In this document: positions 15,374 to 28,972 of the stretch, piece after piece
Layout: each line of letters begins with the position of its first letter
Numbering within the stretch: the stretch's first letter is position 1
Origin: Eledone cirrhosa
Lineage: Eukaryota
Direction of reading: 5' to 3'
NCBI GenBank assembly: GCA_964016885.1
Contig: OZ024740.1
Span: forward strand, 156,736,001 to 156,800,000
DNA: 64,000 nt
Program-made: the position numbers and the translations under genes
Notes under the pieces: generated by a model
Seen by the model: the letters and a program-made list of their open reading frames with translations, nothing else
The model's database searches: none
Told to the model about the DNA's origin: nothing

Positions 15374-15882
15374 CACCACCACATCAATAACTATCTGCTT
15401 AAATTTGGGAAACGGACACAAGTACTGGATTAAACACACTGAAGTACTAAACACTCCCTTTTTAATCCTTTGGTTTTCATTTTATAACATATATTTCTTC
15501 AAAATAGCCGGCACAATATTTTTATGCTTTCCCACAATCATATCCTCTTATACCTTCACTGACATCACTACATCAAAACATCATATATATATTTTTTTTT
15601 TCTGAATAGCATACGAAAGTATAGCATACGAAAGTATAGCATACGAAAGTATAGCATACGAAAGCTTTCCAGATCTCTTTACTGATTTTAATCTTTGCAG
15701 ATTTATATTTCTGCAATTCTTCCTGTGTTTCATACCAGGTTTTATTATATATTCCAAACAGTAAGACAATCCAACTTAACCAGGTGTCAGATATGTTGTA
15801 GCACTGTAGCACTTGTAACACCACAGCAAATATATCCAGTTCCTGTAGATATATAAATATATACATACATGCATACACACAC

Positions 15883-18740
<2,858 letters not shown>

Positions 18741-18864
18741 GAGAGAGAGAGAGAGAGTGAGAGAAAGTAGGTTGATTAAAAGTCTACCGACTTTTTCTTT
18801 AACAGACCTGAAGCACTCCAGGGTTTTTATTCATCCGAAGTTTTATTACAATAAAAAAGAGAGA

Positions 18865-19051
18865 CGCTGGATTGGCAGTATCGGTAGAAGGTCGGACGCC
18901 ATGCTTTGCAGCATCGTTACGTCCCTTTATAGTCTGAGTTCAAATCCCGCCGAGATTAACTTTGCCTTTCATCCTTACGGAGCCGATAAAATAAAGTACC
19001 AGTAATACACTGGGTTAATTGCTGGCCTTGTGCCAAAATTAGAAACAATTA
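18865..19051 (+). mobile_element. SINE family 1
   Basis: Consensus match. Confidence 0.9.
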
Positions 19052-19076
19052 TATATATATATATATATGTATACAT

Positions 19077-19108
<32 letters not shown>

Positions 19109-19114
19109 GTATAC

Positions 19115-19193
<79 letters not shown>

Positions 19194-19935
19194 GGCAGAG
19201 TGTATATATTAAGAAGAGCGATAAAGTTTCGTTTACATGTATTTATTATTTTTTTTTTTTTTCGGTTATCGATATTGTTACGTGCGTTTCACAGAGGATT
19301 CCATGATCATATGATAAAGTTCTATTTGTATGGATATAGAAGGTCTAACCGAAAATGCACCATCATGTATAAATATATAAACATTTTTAATATGTAAGCT
19401 TGTAAACATCCCAGAAAATACGACCTTCCCTGTAAGTTGAAAACTAATAAACAACATTAATCAATTTTCGGATCTAACTGTACCCTGAGCAAGAGGCGTG
19501 GATATCATCCAATTAATCCCAGTGAAGCATATATTTGATGGGTATATATAGCCACCAAATATATGATTCCTTGTGATAATTCGGGTGAAATACACGCCAT
19601 TTGAAGAATGTTCAATTAGATTATAAAATCGAGTAAACATGTTTATCATTTTTTCAATTTACAAGGAAGGTCAATGTTCTGGCATGTTTGCATACCTATA
19701 TATTAGATATGTGTATATAAAATAAATACAATATCGGAGAAAGCTTTTTAGCGATACTCCGGCCAAATTCAAACTCACTCAACAAACATTAGGAAATAAG
19801 TGATTATATTCCCAATTATGTGTTCGGGGTGCTAACTAAAAGTATTGCGTGGAAAATTGGCTGTATTATTTCAAATGAGACATATCTAATATTAGATATG
19901 TGTATATATTTATGCAGATATAAACGCACACACGC

Positions 19936-20081
<146 letters not shown>

Positions 20082-20236
20082 GTAATATTGGGTATGAATG
20101 GAAGTTGTAAGCGCAATATAGCAGATACCAATCGAATTGTTTGTTACAAAGCACTCAATGAAGCGAGAAGTTAATAATACAAAATGTAATAATTGGTGAC
20201 AATAAGAAAAGCGACCAAACGAACTGACCATACTTA

Positions 20237-20262
<26 letters not shown>

Positions 20263-20267
<5 letters not shown>

Positions 20268-20487
20268 GAAAGACGTAAAATAAGAAAATTTTAAAAATTA
20301 AAAATCAACTTACTTTCTAGTAAGTTGATTTTTAATTTTTAAAATTTTCTTATTTTACGTCTTTCATATAATTGTCCTGCACCCCCCCCCCCCCTGCATA
20401 GAACCACAAAGGTACTAAAACATAACATATATATTTGCTAACATGGGTATACATCTGTATACATATGTTGATAGATATACTAATTCT
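20263..20487. mobile_element. Fold-back fragment of non-coding family A
   Basis: Perfect ~52 bp arms (20263-20314 and 20319-20370) followed by sequence homologous to the reverse complement of 31100-31210. Confidence 0.8.
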
Positions 20488-20603
20488 CTCTCTCTATATA
20501 TATATATATGTAACGAAGGAAGTGTGGTAATGAACCAGATGGACCATAACGTACCAGAGTACTCAATATTTAGGGTAGTAGAGTGGGTAATAGGAAAAAG
20601 TAT

Positions 20604-20700
20604 AACCCTGACGGCAAAACTCAAGTCATTTCGACGGCTATTTCTGGACTAAAATAGAATTTTTAGTGTGGTAATAAATAGCCGAACTTTTCAAGGGGTA
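20604..20700 (-). ncRNA. Type I hammerhead motif with U3-A8 core (UUGAAAA), 3' pLTR copy
   Basis: Minus strand: ACCCC-TTGAAAA-G..CGGCTATTT/AAATAGCCG.C-GAAA-stem III-GTC-AGGGT. Stem III is partly mutated in this copy. Confidence 0.6.
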
Positions 20701-21359
20701 ATTCCTTATATGGGAAGATTATAGTTATCAACAGGATTGGTCAAAATTTCTTCTAAACACAATTAAATCTTTCATGGCAGTGGGTGGGGGGTGGGGTGCT
20801 GAACTTACCTGTAGAACAATGAGGGAGTGGGTGGAGCTGGTCAAGCGTTGAAAGTGAATTCTATACAGCAAATTCTAAGGAGTGTGTATGAAATTAGGCT
20901 AGGTAGAAAGCAGGCGAAGGAGGATATTTAGAGTGGGACGTTATAGAAATGGTTAATAAATTGAGATTAAAAGATAATAAATAAAATAAAATAAAAAAAT
21001 AAATAAATAAAAAAAAAATAGAAAAAAAAAAGAAAAAAAAAAAAAAATAATAATAATAATTAAATAAAAAAAAAATAAAAAAATAAAAAATTAAAAAATT
21101 AAATTAAATAGTAAAAATAACAAAAAAAATCTCTAGAGTCTAAAGCAGTTGCTATATTTTTATCTGGTATAGCGTTTTCGGCCAATGCTATATATAATTT
21201 ACTGGGGTAGGGGTACTGAGGCAACAGAAACCCGATGGACTGCCTTGGGGTAGGCGAAAAGGGAAAATTGAAAATGAAGAGGAGAGGGAGTGGAAGGAAG
21301 TGATAAGAAGAGATAAAGGGAAGAAGGAAAGAAAAAGAAAAAGAAAAGAAGTACATCTA

Positions 21360-23537
21360 ACTGTGTATGCTGGGGTTTCCCCTATATTGTTCGGCAAGTG
21401 GGGAAAAGAAGTATGTTGCAGCTTTGTCTGCCTACCCGGGACATGAGGGGGTTTGAGGGCAAGGTAAGTCCTACGCAATCGGTGTTTACATGCAGTTACA
21501 AGTTCGTCTTTTTTGTTTAGGAGTTGGTCCTTCGTAAACAGCATTTGTAATGTTTCCTCCGAACATAAGTTACACGGACGGCGTCCTCCCGTGTAGGAGT
21601 TAGCCCTGGATAGTAAGCTCCAAGTAAGGTGGTATGTTATGTTGTTATCTTGGAGGTCCCAGATATGGTCCGAAAGTGTAGTGGCATGTCGCCGGGCCGC
21701 GTTTCGGAACGTATTTCGGTATTGGTAGAGCCGAGTCTTGAAGTCGCAAGTGGTTAATCCTATATAGGTTTTGTTGGAAGATTTAGTCCTCACATTGCAT
21801 TGGTAGATCACGTTACGTTCTCAGCATCTGTTGTTGAGGGGGCACGTAGATCTATCAGGAAAGTTACACCTCCTGGTCGGCTCTCCACTAATGTCTAGGT
21901 TGTTTCCTCCATAGGGGTTCAGTTTTTTGTTGTTTGAGGAGGCGATGTTTTGTGCGAAGTTGGGTGTGGTGCTGTAGGAGAGTTTGATAGTGTTTTTGTT
22001 GATTATGTTTTAATAGAGGTGTTATGGTGGGAAGTATTTTCGAGGAGCCTAAAGAAGATTTTCCCGATTGGCGTTGACACATCGGTATTGTGAGGAGGGT
22101 TGAACTGCGTTACGTGGCGTTAGCGGCGGCGTCCCCTGCTGGTTCCGCTAAAGGAAGCTGAATAGAAGGAGATTTACTCCCGAAAGCTGCTTCGCTTGAG
22201 GGCCTGGTTGTCATGAGGCGCATGTTCATCGAATATCTGCTCATTAGTGGACAAACGAGATATGCGGAGGGGGGGGGGGGTGTTTTTAACCAGGTTATTG
22301 GTGATGTTGCTAGGATGGTTATAGCGGCGGTTGATGTAGTGAAGGTTACCGTTTGGTTTCCTGTATAGGTAGTACAGATTACTTTCGAGTTTGAGGGTAA
22401 CGTCCAGGAAATTGACTCGGGTTAGGGAGTTTGTTGCGTGATTTTTAATGCCCATCCCGGAAGAAGTTGATTAGTAATTTACGGACCCGGACTGTACTAC
22501 TGAGGTTGTACCCTTTGAGGGTAAACAGCCCCTCGTCATGGTACATTCCACCACCGAATGCAGGAAACATTTCGGTGAGTTTATGTAGTAGGAATAATCC
22601 TATAAGATCAGTCACCTCGGCCGAGTCGGTTGCGAGCATACTGACGTCGAAGGGGGAGTCGGGAACTCTCTTCATCCACTTGGAGTTGTCAAAAAGGAGG
22701 ACTGTCTTCCTGGCGTGGAGAATGATGTTTTTTTTATGGACAGTGATGGGTGTGAGTGATTTGGCAAAGTCCAAAGCGGCCGTAAGGAGCGGTAAGGTAA
22801 TAGAGGCGTAATAGCTCTCTATGTCGAACTGGATGAATTTAGTGTCCTGTTTTTCCTCAATATTCCTGAACCATGAGATGACTTCCTGGGTGCTGACCCA
22901 AAGGCTAAGTCTCGCGTTTTGCTTAACGTTTGGCATAACGCGGTCTAGGATCGTTTTACTGATTCTTCCTATGTCCGACTTCGTCGGGTTTATAAGCCTG
23001 GTGGATGGTTTGCGGTCGAGAGGTTCAGTGCGGTCGGCGACTCCGAGGTTGGAGGTAATTTGTTGTCCATCTAGATTTATGTCATGGATTATTGATTGGT
23101 TAGCCTTTTTGTAGGTGGAGTTCAGACTGCTTCTGATCAGTGTGTGGTATCTGTCAGGGTTGACGAAATAGAGGTTTCCAGTTTTATCCGAATGCACCAG
23201 GATGTCGTTGATGCTTTCATACTCCGTTATTTTGATACAGAGTTGTTGTAGGAATCGTTTGTGTCTGGGTTTGAAGTTAATGCTCTTGACCAGATGGAAG
23301 AGATCGTTCTCGAAGTGTGAGAGCATAGGGTTCGGTGGGGGAGATTTGTAGGTATTGAATCCGAATCTCTCCTTAGTATCGAAGTCCTGGTTGTCGCGGT
23401 ATCTATCGTAGAAAAAAGTTCTCCATCTCAATCTCTTCGCAAACAGGTCGATTTTTCGCGTGTGCATCCGAAGGTAAAGTTTTCTCGGTGGGACTGGGAT
23501 GTTCTTGGTGGAGAAGTCGATAGTGTGTTTTCGCATG
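21360..23537 (-). pseudogene. PLE RT + GIY-YIG ORF, frameshifted
   Basis: FSTKNIP, KRLRWRTFF, SDKTGNLY, RLINPTKSDIGRISK, QFDIESYY, FDVSM..DSAEV, YHDEGL (decayed YRDDGL), FLDVTL, CPLNNRC, VIYQC, TYIGLT, CNLCSEE, LLNKKDELVTACKH. Confidence 0.9.
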
Positions 23538-23719
23538 TTGGGTGTAATGAAACTTGAGCTGGGTGCAAAAATTGAATATGGCGTGGTAGGGTCAGAAAGT
23601 GCTCTACTACGGAGGTAGGCGCTAGATAACGAAGGAAGTGTGGTAATGAACCAGATGGACCATAACGCACCAGAGTACTCAATACTTAAGTTATTAGAGT
23701 GGGTAATAGGAAAAAGTAT

Positions 23720-23815
23720 AACCCCGACGGCAGAGCTCAAGCCGTTTCGACGGTTATTTCTGGACTAAATTAGAATTCTTAGCGTGTTAATAAATAGTCG
23801 AACTTTTCAAGGGGA
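23720..23815 (-). ncRNA. Type I hammerhead motif with U3-A8 core, 5' pLTR copy
   Basis: Minus strand: CCCC-TTGAAAA-stem II with long loop-GAAA-CGGC/GCCG-TC-GGGG. Confidence 0.7.
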
Positions 23816-23937
23816 AATTCCTTAGTTCGACTATTTATTACCACGCTAAAAATTCTAATTTAGTCCAGAAATAGGCGTCGAAACGGCTTGAGCTCTGCCG
23901 TCGGGGTTATACTTTTTCATATATATATATATATATA

Positions 23938-24397
23938 TTTCAATAACGATAAATATCGTAAGCTCTTCAGACATCAAAAATTGATTAAAGGGTAACATTT
24001 CTGAAGCTATTTTATGTGGAAGGAAGCGGATAAAAAAAAGTGTTTTTGCTCTGGTTATCCGCCCCCTTCGCATTTTCATCTTTATTAATATACTCCGACA
24101 CCCCTGTTCTTATGTAGTAATATGGCGTTGAGTGCTAGAAGTGAATTGCATCCTTATATACTGAATATATATATTCGATTCTAGTTCCTCGTAGGACTAA
24201 CAACACACCCAGGAGCTAGACATATCGATGAATTGACAGAGTGGAACACATTTCAACACCATGTTTACTGTTCTTTCTCCACTAATTCGTACTGCCTGAA
24301 GAGGTCACAGCCAATAATAGCTGTCACCGAAATATATATAGCAGAGAATTTATAATAAACGAAGCCAAATTTAACATGTTTGATTTACTTATTTTAT
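23938..24397 (+). mobile_element. Non-coding HHR-bearing element between (TA)n tracts (family G)
   Basis: (TA)n on both sides, canonical HHR near the 3' end. Confidence 0.6.
24292..24344 (+). ncRNA. Type I hammerhead ribozyme motif
   Basis: CTGC-CTGAAGA-GGTCACAGC/GCTGTCACC-GAAA-TATATA-TA-GCAG. Confidence 0.85.
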
Positions 24398-24411
24398 ATA
24401 TATATATATAT

Positions 24412-25224
24412 AAATATAAGTCCAAAGAATCATTAGATAAAATATATACAGTATTTCCTCTTCCAATCAGTATAAATTAAAAACACAAAAAATCATTTAA
24501 ACGAGGCTATAAGTTTAAAATGTACTTATGAAGAAATAATAGACAAATGATACATATTCTTTTCAGCGATGTACAGCCATTTGACATTTACCTAATATTC
24601 CTTCTAGCCTGTAGAAATTGACCAGACAAATAGTTAACTACACGGACTTAGGTACAAAATCGAAGTTAGAAGAAAAAATGCACATACATTTTACCATAAT
24701 TCTCAGCCTCTACCAATCGGCGGTTTCGTTCCACTTTTTGGATATATCTAGTCTTGGATAAATCCACGAGGCTCAGAACTCATCAGGAGATAGCTCAGAT
24801 TGGACTAAGATTCTTATACCCTGATCCCCGCCAGAAATGAATTCAAAATGGCTAAGAATCATCACGTGGCCAGTAGTCAAGTTTGTGATTGATGCTTGTC
24901 GGCGAGTAGGCTGGTTGCTAGAAAGCGCAGCCGAATACTGCCTAAAGTTTTACTCAACCTTACGGGAGTATATATTAAATTCAAAGGGTATATATATATA
25001 TATAAATTAGACAATCATAGATATATATGTTTGGCAACGATTCACGGTGTGGCTCAATGAAGAATTAATTAAATAATTATCAGAGCAATATATAAAAATG
25101 TAAGTCCAAAGAATCATTAGATAAAATATATACAGTATTTCCTCTCCCAATCAGTATAAATTAACCACACAAAAAATCATTTAAACGAGGCTATAAGTTT
25201 AAAATGTACTTATGAAGAAATAAA
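24412..25224 (-). mobile_element. Terminally redundant non-coding HHR element (family F, ~684 nt period)
   Basis: 24412-24539 is repeated at 25096-25223, with an HHR inside and (TA)n flanks. A diverged inverted fragment lies at 31320-31415. Confidence 0.7.
24707..24790 (-). ncRNA. Type I hammerhead ribozyme motif
   Basis: Minus strand: TCTC-CTGATGA-GTTC...GAAC-GAAA-CC(GCCGATT)GG-TA-GAGG. Confidence 0.75.
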
Positions 25225-25825
25225 TATATATATATATTCAAAGGCAGGAGTTTCCTACTTAAGCGCACCCATCGAAAGTGGAAGATAACGTATGATTTAT
25301 ATGATTATCTGTCCCGGCGACCCTCTCAGGAGTAAGTGGGCGAAGAAGAAAAGTTGATGAGAAAATGTCTGTTCTTCAACAATTTTAGAAAATGTATAAT
25401 TATACTGACTGCAACCTTTTATGTTGAAACAGATGACAATAGTTTTATTGGCTGTGGCATCCCAGTTTTTCAACGTCTTTCTCACTACGTCACTGCATCC
25501 TTATCATAACATCAACATGATAATATTTTGTTGTTGTTGAAGGATATATAGGATATGTTCCTACTAATATTACTAGCTATATCTGCTTCTGAAAGAAGAT
25601 GGATCTTTCGAATTTCTGTTAATACATATTACATCTTCCTATGGGCTTTCATTTGGATATCATTTATTTTAGTAAGATCTAACGTGACATCTAGTGCGAT
25701 TTTCAGTATTAATGGAATACTTTTAGGATATCAATGGTTATTTGAGTGTGTGTGTATGTGTCAGTCAACCAGCTTGTCTGTCTTACAGCCCAACTGACTT
25801 ATCAAGCGTGTGTGAGTGTTGATGT

Positions 25826-26672
25826 TCTCTCTCTTTCACTCACTGCTTCCATCTCTCTCGCTCTCCCCATCTTTTACTATTATCAGCAAACGGGAGCCCA
25901 AACGCTGGTCGGCCCGCGGCCCCGGTGGACAGAATTGAGAAGGCGTTTCCCCAGTGGATGGTGAAGGTACGCGTTGGAAGAGCCATTCCAGGTCATGAGG
26001 CTCACACCTGCGGGTAGCCAACACCATGTCGATGGTGGTGAGTAGGGAAGTGGTCCATGGGCCACTGCTACGGGCTCCACAGCAAACCTATCGGGGAGTG
26101 ACCGATATTTGGAGAGTTTACCCTGCTCGGCCCGAAGTACAGTAGAGACTGGATTAGTCGCAGACTGCAACAGATTGCCGCAGAAGAAAATGTCATTGAA
26201 TGTGGCATTCTGAATGAGGGGCTTACCACCGTGGAATGGGAAGATGGTCATACCGTCTGGCCTTTTGCCGTCCTCTCGGGTCATCCCCGCCGGCTTGAGA
26301 TCAGAGGGGAAGCTTGTAGCATCCAAGCCGTGGTATATGATCACATTGAGAGCAGCATGGTACGGGAGGCGGCCGGCACTCTATCAGCACGACAGCGCAT
26401 CAGCAGCGACATTATTTTGGCTCGCAGATCCGGAGGCTGAGCCGTAGGGAAATCCCGATTCGCAGGCTATCGTTAAGCAGCTGCGTGTGAGTCGAAAATG
26501 AGGGTAGGCATTGAACTAGGAACCGCTGTGAAGTTACGAGGCCGAGCGAATACATGCGACGTAGTGCTGCTCGAGCTGATAGCCGAGGACGATTTTAGCC
26601 AGAGCAGGAACCACCGGTCGCAGGTCGTGGAAGACAGTCTCCACGAGCCCGCCCACCGTGGCATCTTCCAGG
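25826..26672 (-). mobile_element. CRE-clade (RLE-type) non-LTR retrotransposon, 3' fragment
   Basis: REDGKRPDGMTIFPFHGGKPLI restriction-like endonuclease motif, FTAVPSS, RLRIGI-like segment, and GA-rich 3' tail. Confidence 0.8.
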
Positions 26673-27711
26673 TACCAAAGTTTGAAAGGTGTTGTGATAC
26701 ACTACGACATGTAAGCTCACTTCATTAAGCATGTTATATACTGGGTATGTCTTATTTGTTATAAAAAGTGAAACTGTCTACACCAAAAAATCGAAACAAA
26801 ACACGGTATATAGATATGTAGATTTGTTTTTATTTTCATTAAACTTTTGCTTTTAAAATGTGATTGTGTAAGGTACTGAAATTGGACTGCATCTCTTAAC
26901 TTAGCTTCATTTGCTATTTGTTCTTGTTTTATCAATCCGAAAAAAGGGAAAAACTTGCCGACACGAAAGTAATAATACAATGAATTTAATGCAAGGTGTA
27001 TATAGTTATGTTAATGCTGACTTGCAACTTTATTTTAAATGGCTGCAAACACTGTCAATCCTTGTAAATAATAACGATTGAAGACATTTTCCATTCCAAT
27101 CTATGTTGAAAAAATATATATCCTTTCCTTACGGTGATTATATGTAGGAATGTCTTTGATACTGAGACACATGAAAGCGCTAACTTGATTAGAAGTAACA
27201 TAGGAAAAAATAATTTATATAAAGGATATATACTGATACGATAAGCAAACTGAACTTATCAACGTAGATTAAAAAATGTAATTGCTGGTTTAACTCAACG
27301 ATCACTTGTAGCTCCCAGATAACTATCATGAGCTTTTAGAATATTTATCATTTGTATGCATTAGATTCTTCTTCTTGAGAAAAGGATTTAACTTCATTTG
27401 CTTCAAGGAAAAAAAACGAAATTAACGCCACCAATTTCGGATAATTATGTTCTTTATAAGTATGCACCAAGATATATTGGTTTAATAGGGATTTTTTATC
27501 ATATTTTTGTATTATCTATTCAAAATATTTTTCAATAGTATTTCGATTCTATATAAGTTTGTATAAACGCACATACATACTTGCATACCTTCATGCGTAC
27601 ATACACTCTACACACATGTCCATATTTGTGATTTCCTATATATATATGGTCTGCAGTAGTAGCTGATCCAAATCAATCTGAACAATGTATGTATATATCT
27701 ATATCTATCTA

Positions 27712-27782
<71 letters not shown>

Positions 27783-27820
27783 AGGAAGTTATAGTTCACT
27801 CGAAGCATTGTGTAATGAGG

Positions 27821-28186
27821 TATAAACGTTTGTATATGTATAATAAAGGCAAAACAATGCAGGTATGGACATAGAATAAAGAATGCAAATGCAAAAGATA
27901 TTGTTGACAATTAGTCTTTTACCTTAGATTTATTTAAATGTCCTTAATTTTCGAGATAATATCTCTTCTTCGGAGGGAAGTAAAGCTGTTACACCAGTGT
28001 TCTAACTATTTAGAACACTGGTTTAACCGCTTTACTTCCCTCCGAAGAAGAGATATTATCTCGAAAATTAAGGACATTTAAATAAATCTAAGGTAAATGA
28101 CTAATTGCAACAATATCTTTAGCATTTGCATTCTTTATTCTATGTCCATACCTGCATTGTTTTGGCTTTATTATACATATACAAAC

Positions 28187-28193
<7 letters not shown>
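27821..28193. mobile_element. ~185 bp-arm fold-back of an HHR-bearing terminus
   Basis: Arms 27821-28005 and 28010-28193, 4-nt loop, few mismatches, (TA)n nearby on both sides. Confidence 0.85.
28038..28074 (+). ncRNA. Minimal type I hammerhead motif (CCGAAGA); mirror copy at ~27940-27977 on the minus strand
   Basis: CCT-CCGAAGA-A-GAGAT/ATCTC-GAAA-AT-TA-AGG. Confidence 0.6.
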
Positions 28194-28220
<27 letters not shown>

Positions 28221-28224
<4 letters not shown>

Positions 28225-28811
28225 ATAATAATAAATTTGAAGACTAAAATCTAAAGAGGGCTCGATAAGGATGAATATATATCAAATAATATATAAGAAC
28301 CATAGAGCAAATAATCTCTGTAATTTATTTACATTATTCTTAACTCTGAAGCCGAGAATCATTCGGTTTTCTAAATAGAATATTAGTCTACGACTTCATT
28401 TATACCATAAACGTGGTTTTGTCTTTGCGTGTAATTGTTCTTGCGTTCCACACAATGACGTATTATCTTCGCTTTTTTTTCCGTTCATTGCCAGAGAACG
28501 TCTCCAAGAACCACCTAAATAGAATATTAGTCTACGGTTTCTTTTATACCATAAACGTGGTTTTGTCTTTGCATGTAATTGTTCTCACCGCTCCAAATAA
28601 TGACGTATTACCTTCGCCAAATAATGACGTATTATCTTCGCTTTTTTCCGTTCATTGCCAGGGAACGTTTCCACGAACGTCTTCCTGTTTTCCTTCGGTT
28701 ACAACGTTTTTCAAAATATTTACTTCTGCGTTCACAGATTGATTCTTTTAGTTTCAGAAGATCCCGCGGAGGGTGAAAGCAGCGATTCTTTGCTTAAACT
28801 TTAATCTGTTA

Positions 28812-28818
<7 letters not shown>
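28221..28818 (+). mobile_element. Non-coding family C element, longest copy, with an internal tandem duplication
   Basis: Same left and right ends as 33596-33842 and 56533-56703. 28370-28505 is duplicated at 28515-28670. (TA)n flanks. Confidence 0.8.
28750..28800 (+). ncRNA. Hammerhead-like motif with CAGAAGA core (family C; also 33773-33823 and 56636-56686)
   Basis: AGTTT-CAGAAGA-T-CCC/GGG-T-GAAA-GCA/TGC-TT-AAACT. Confidence 0.55.
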
Positions 28819-28854
<36 letters not shown>

Positions 28855-28938
28855 AAAAATTGAACAGGGACAGAACAGAGAGGCAGTACGACAAATGTTT
28901 ATTAGATTCACGCTCAGGAGAGTGGGGGGTAGGTGGAG

Positions 28939-28972
28939 GACGACGTTTCGGGCATAAGCCCTTCTTCAGGTA
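28939..28972 (-). ncRNA. Minimal type I hammerhead motif
   Basis: Minus strand: AC-CTGAAGA-A-GGGC(TTAT)GCCC-GAAA-CG-TC-GT. Confidence 0.7.

Larger units (their letters stand above)
20510..23918 (-). mobile_element. Near full-length Penelope-like element (Naiad-like) with direct pLTRs and an inverted 5' pLTR fragment (family B)
   Basis: 20510-20707 is repeated at 23627-23823. 23824-23918 is inverted relative to 23710-23804. The RT + GIY-YIG ORF lies between, and (TA)n flanks both sides. Confidence 0.9.

Noticed and set aside
15605-15664. Four tandem 15-mers ATAGCATACGAAAGT that resemble part of loxP
   Set aside because: There is no 13-8-13 inverted structure and no recombinase. It is a simple minisatellite.
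20730-20780. SECIS-like ATGA...TGA hairpin in the Naiad-like 3' UTR
   Set aside because: The helix is too short, there are no conserved apical adenines, and pairing is weaker in the second copy.
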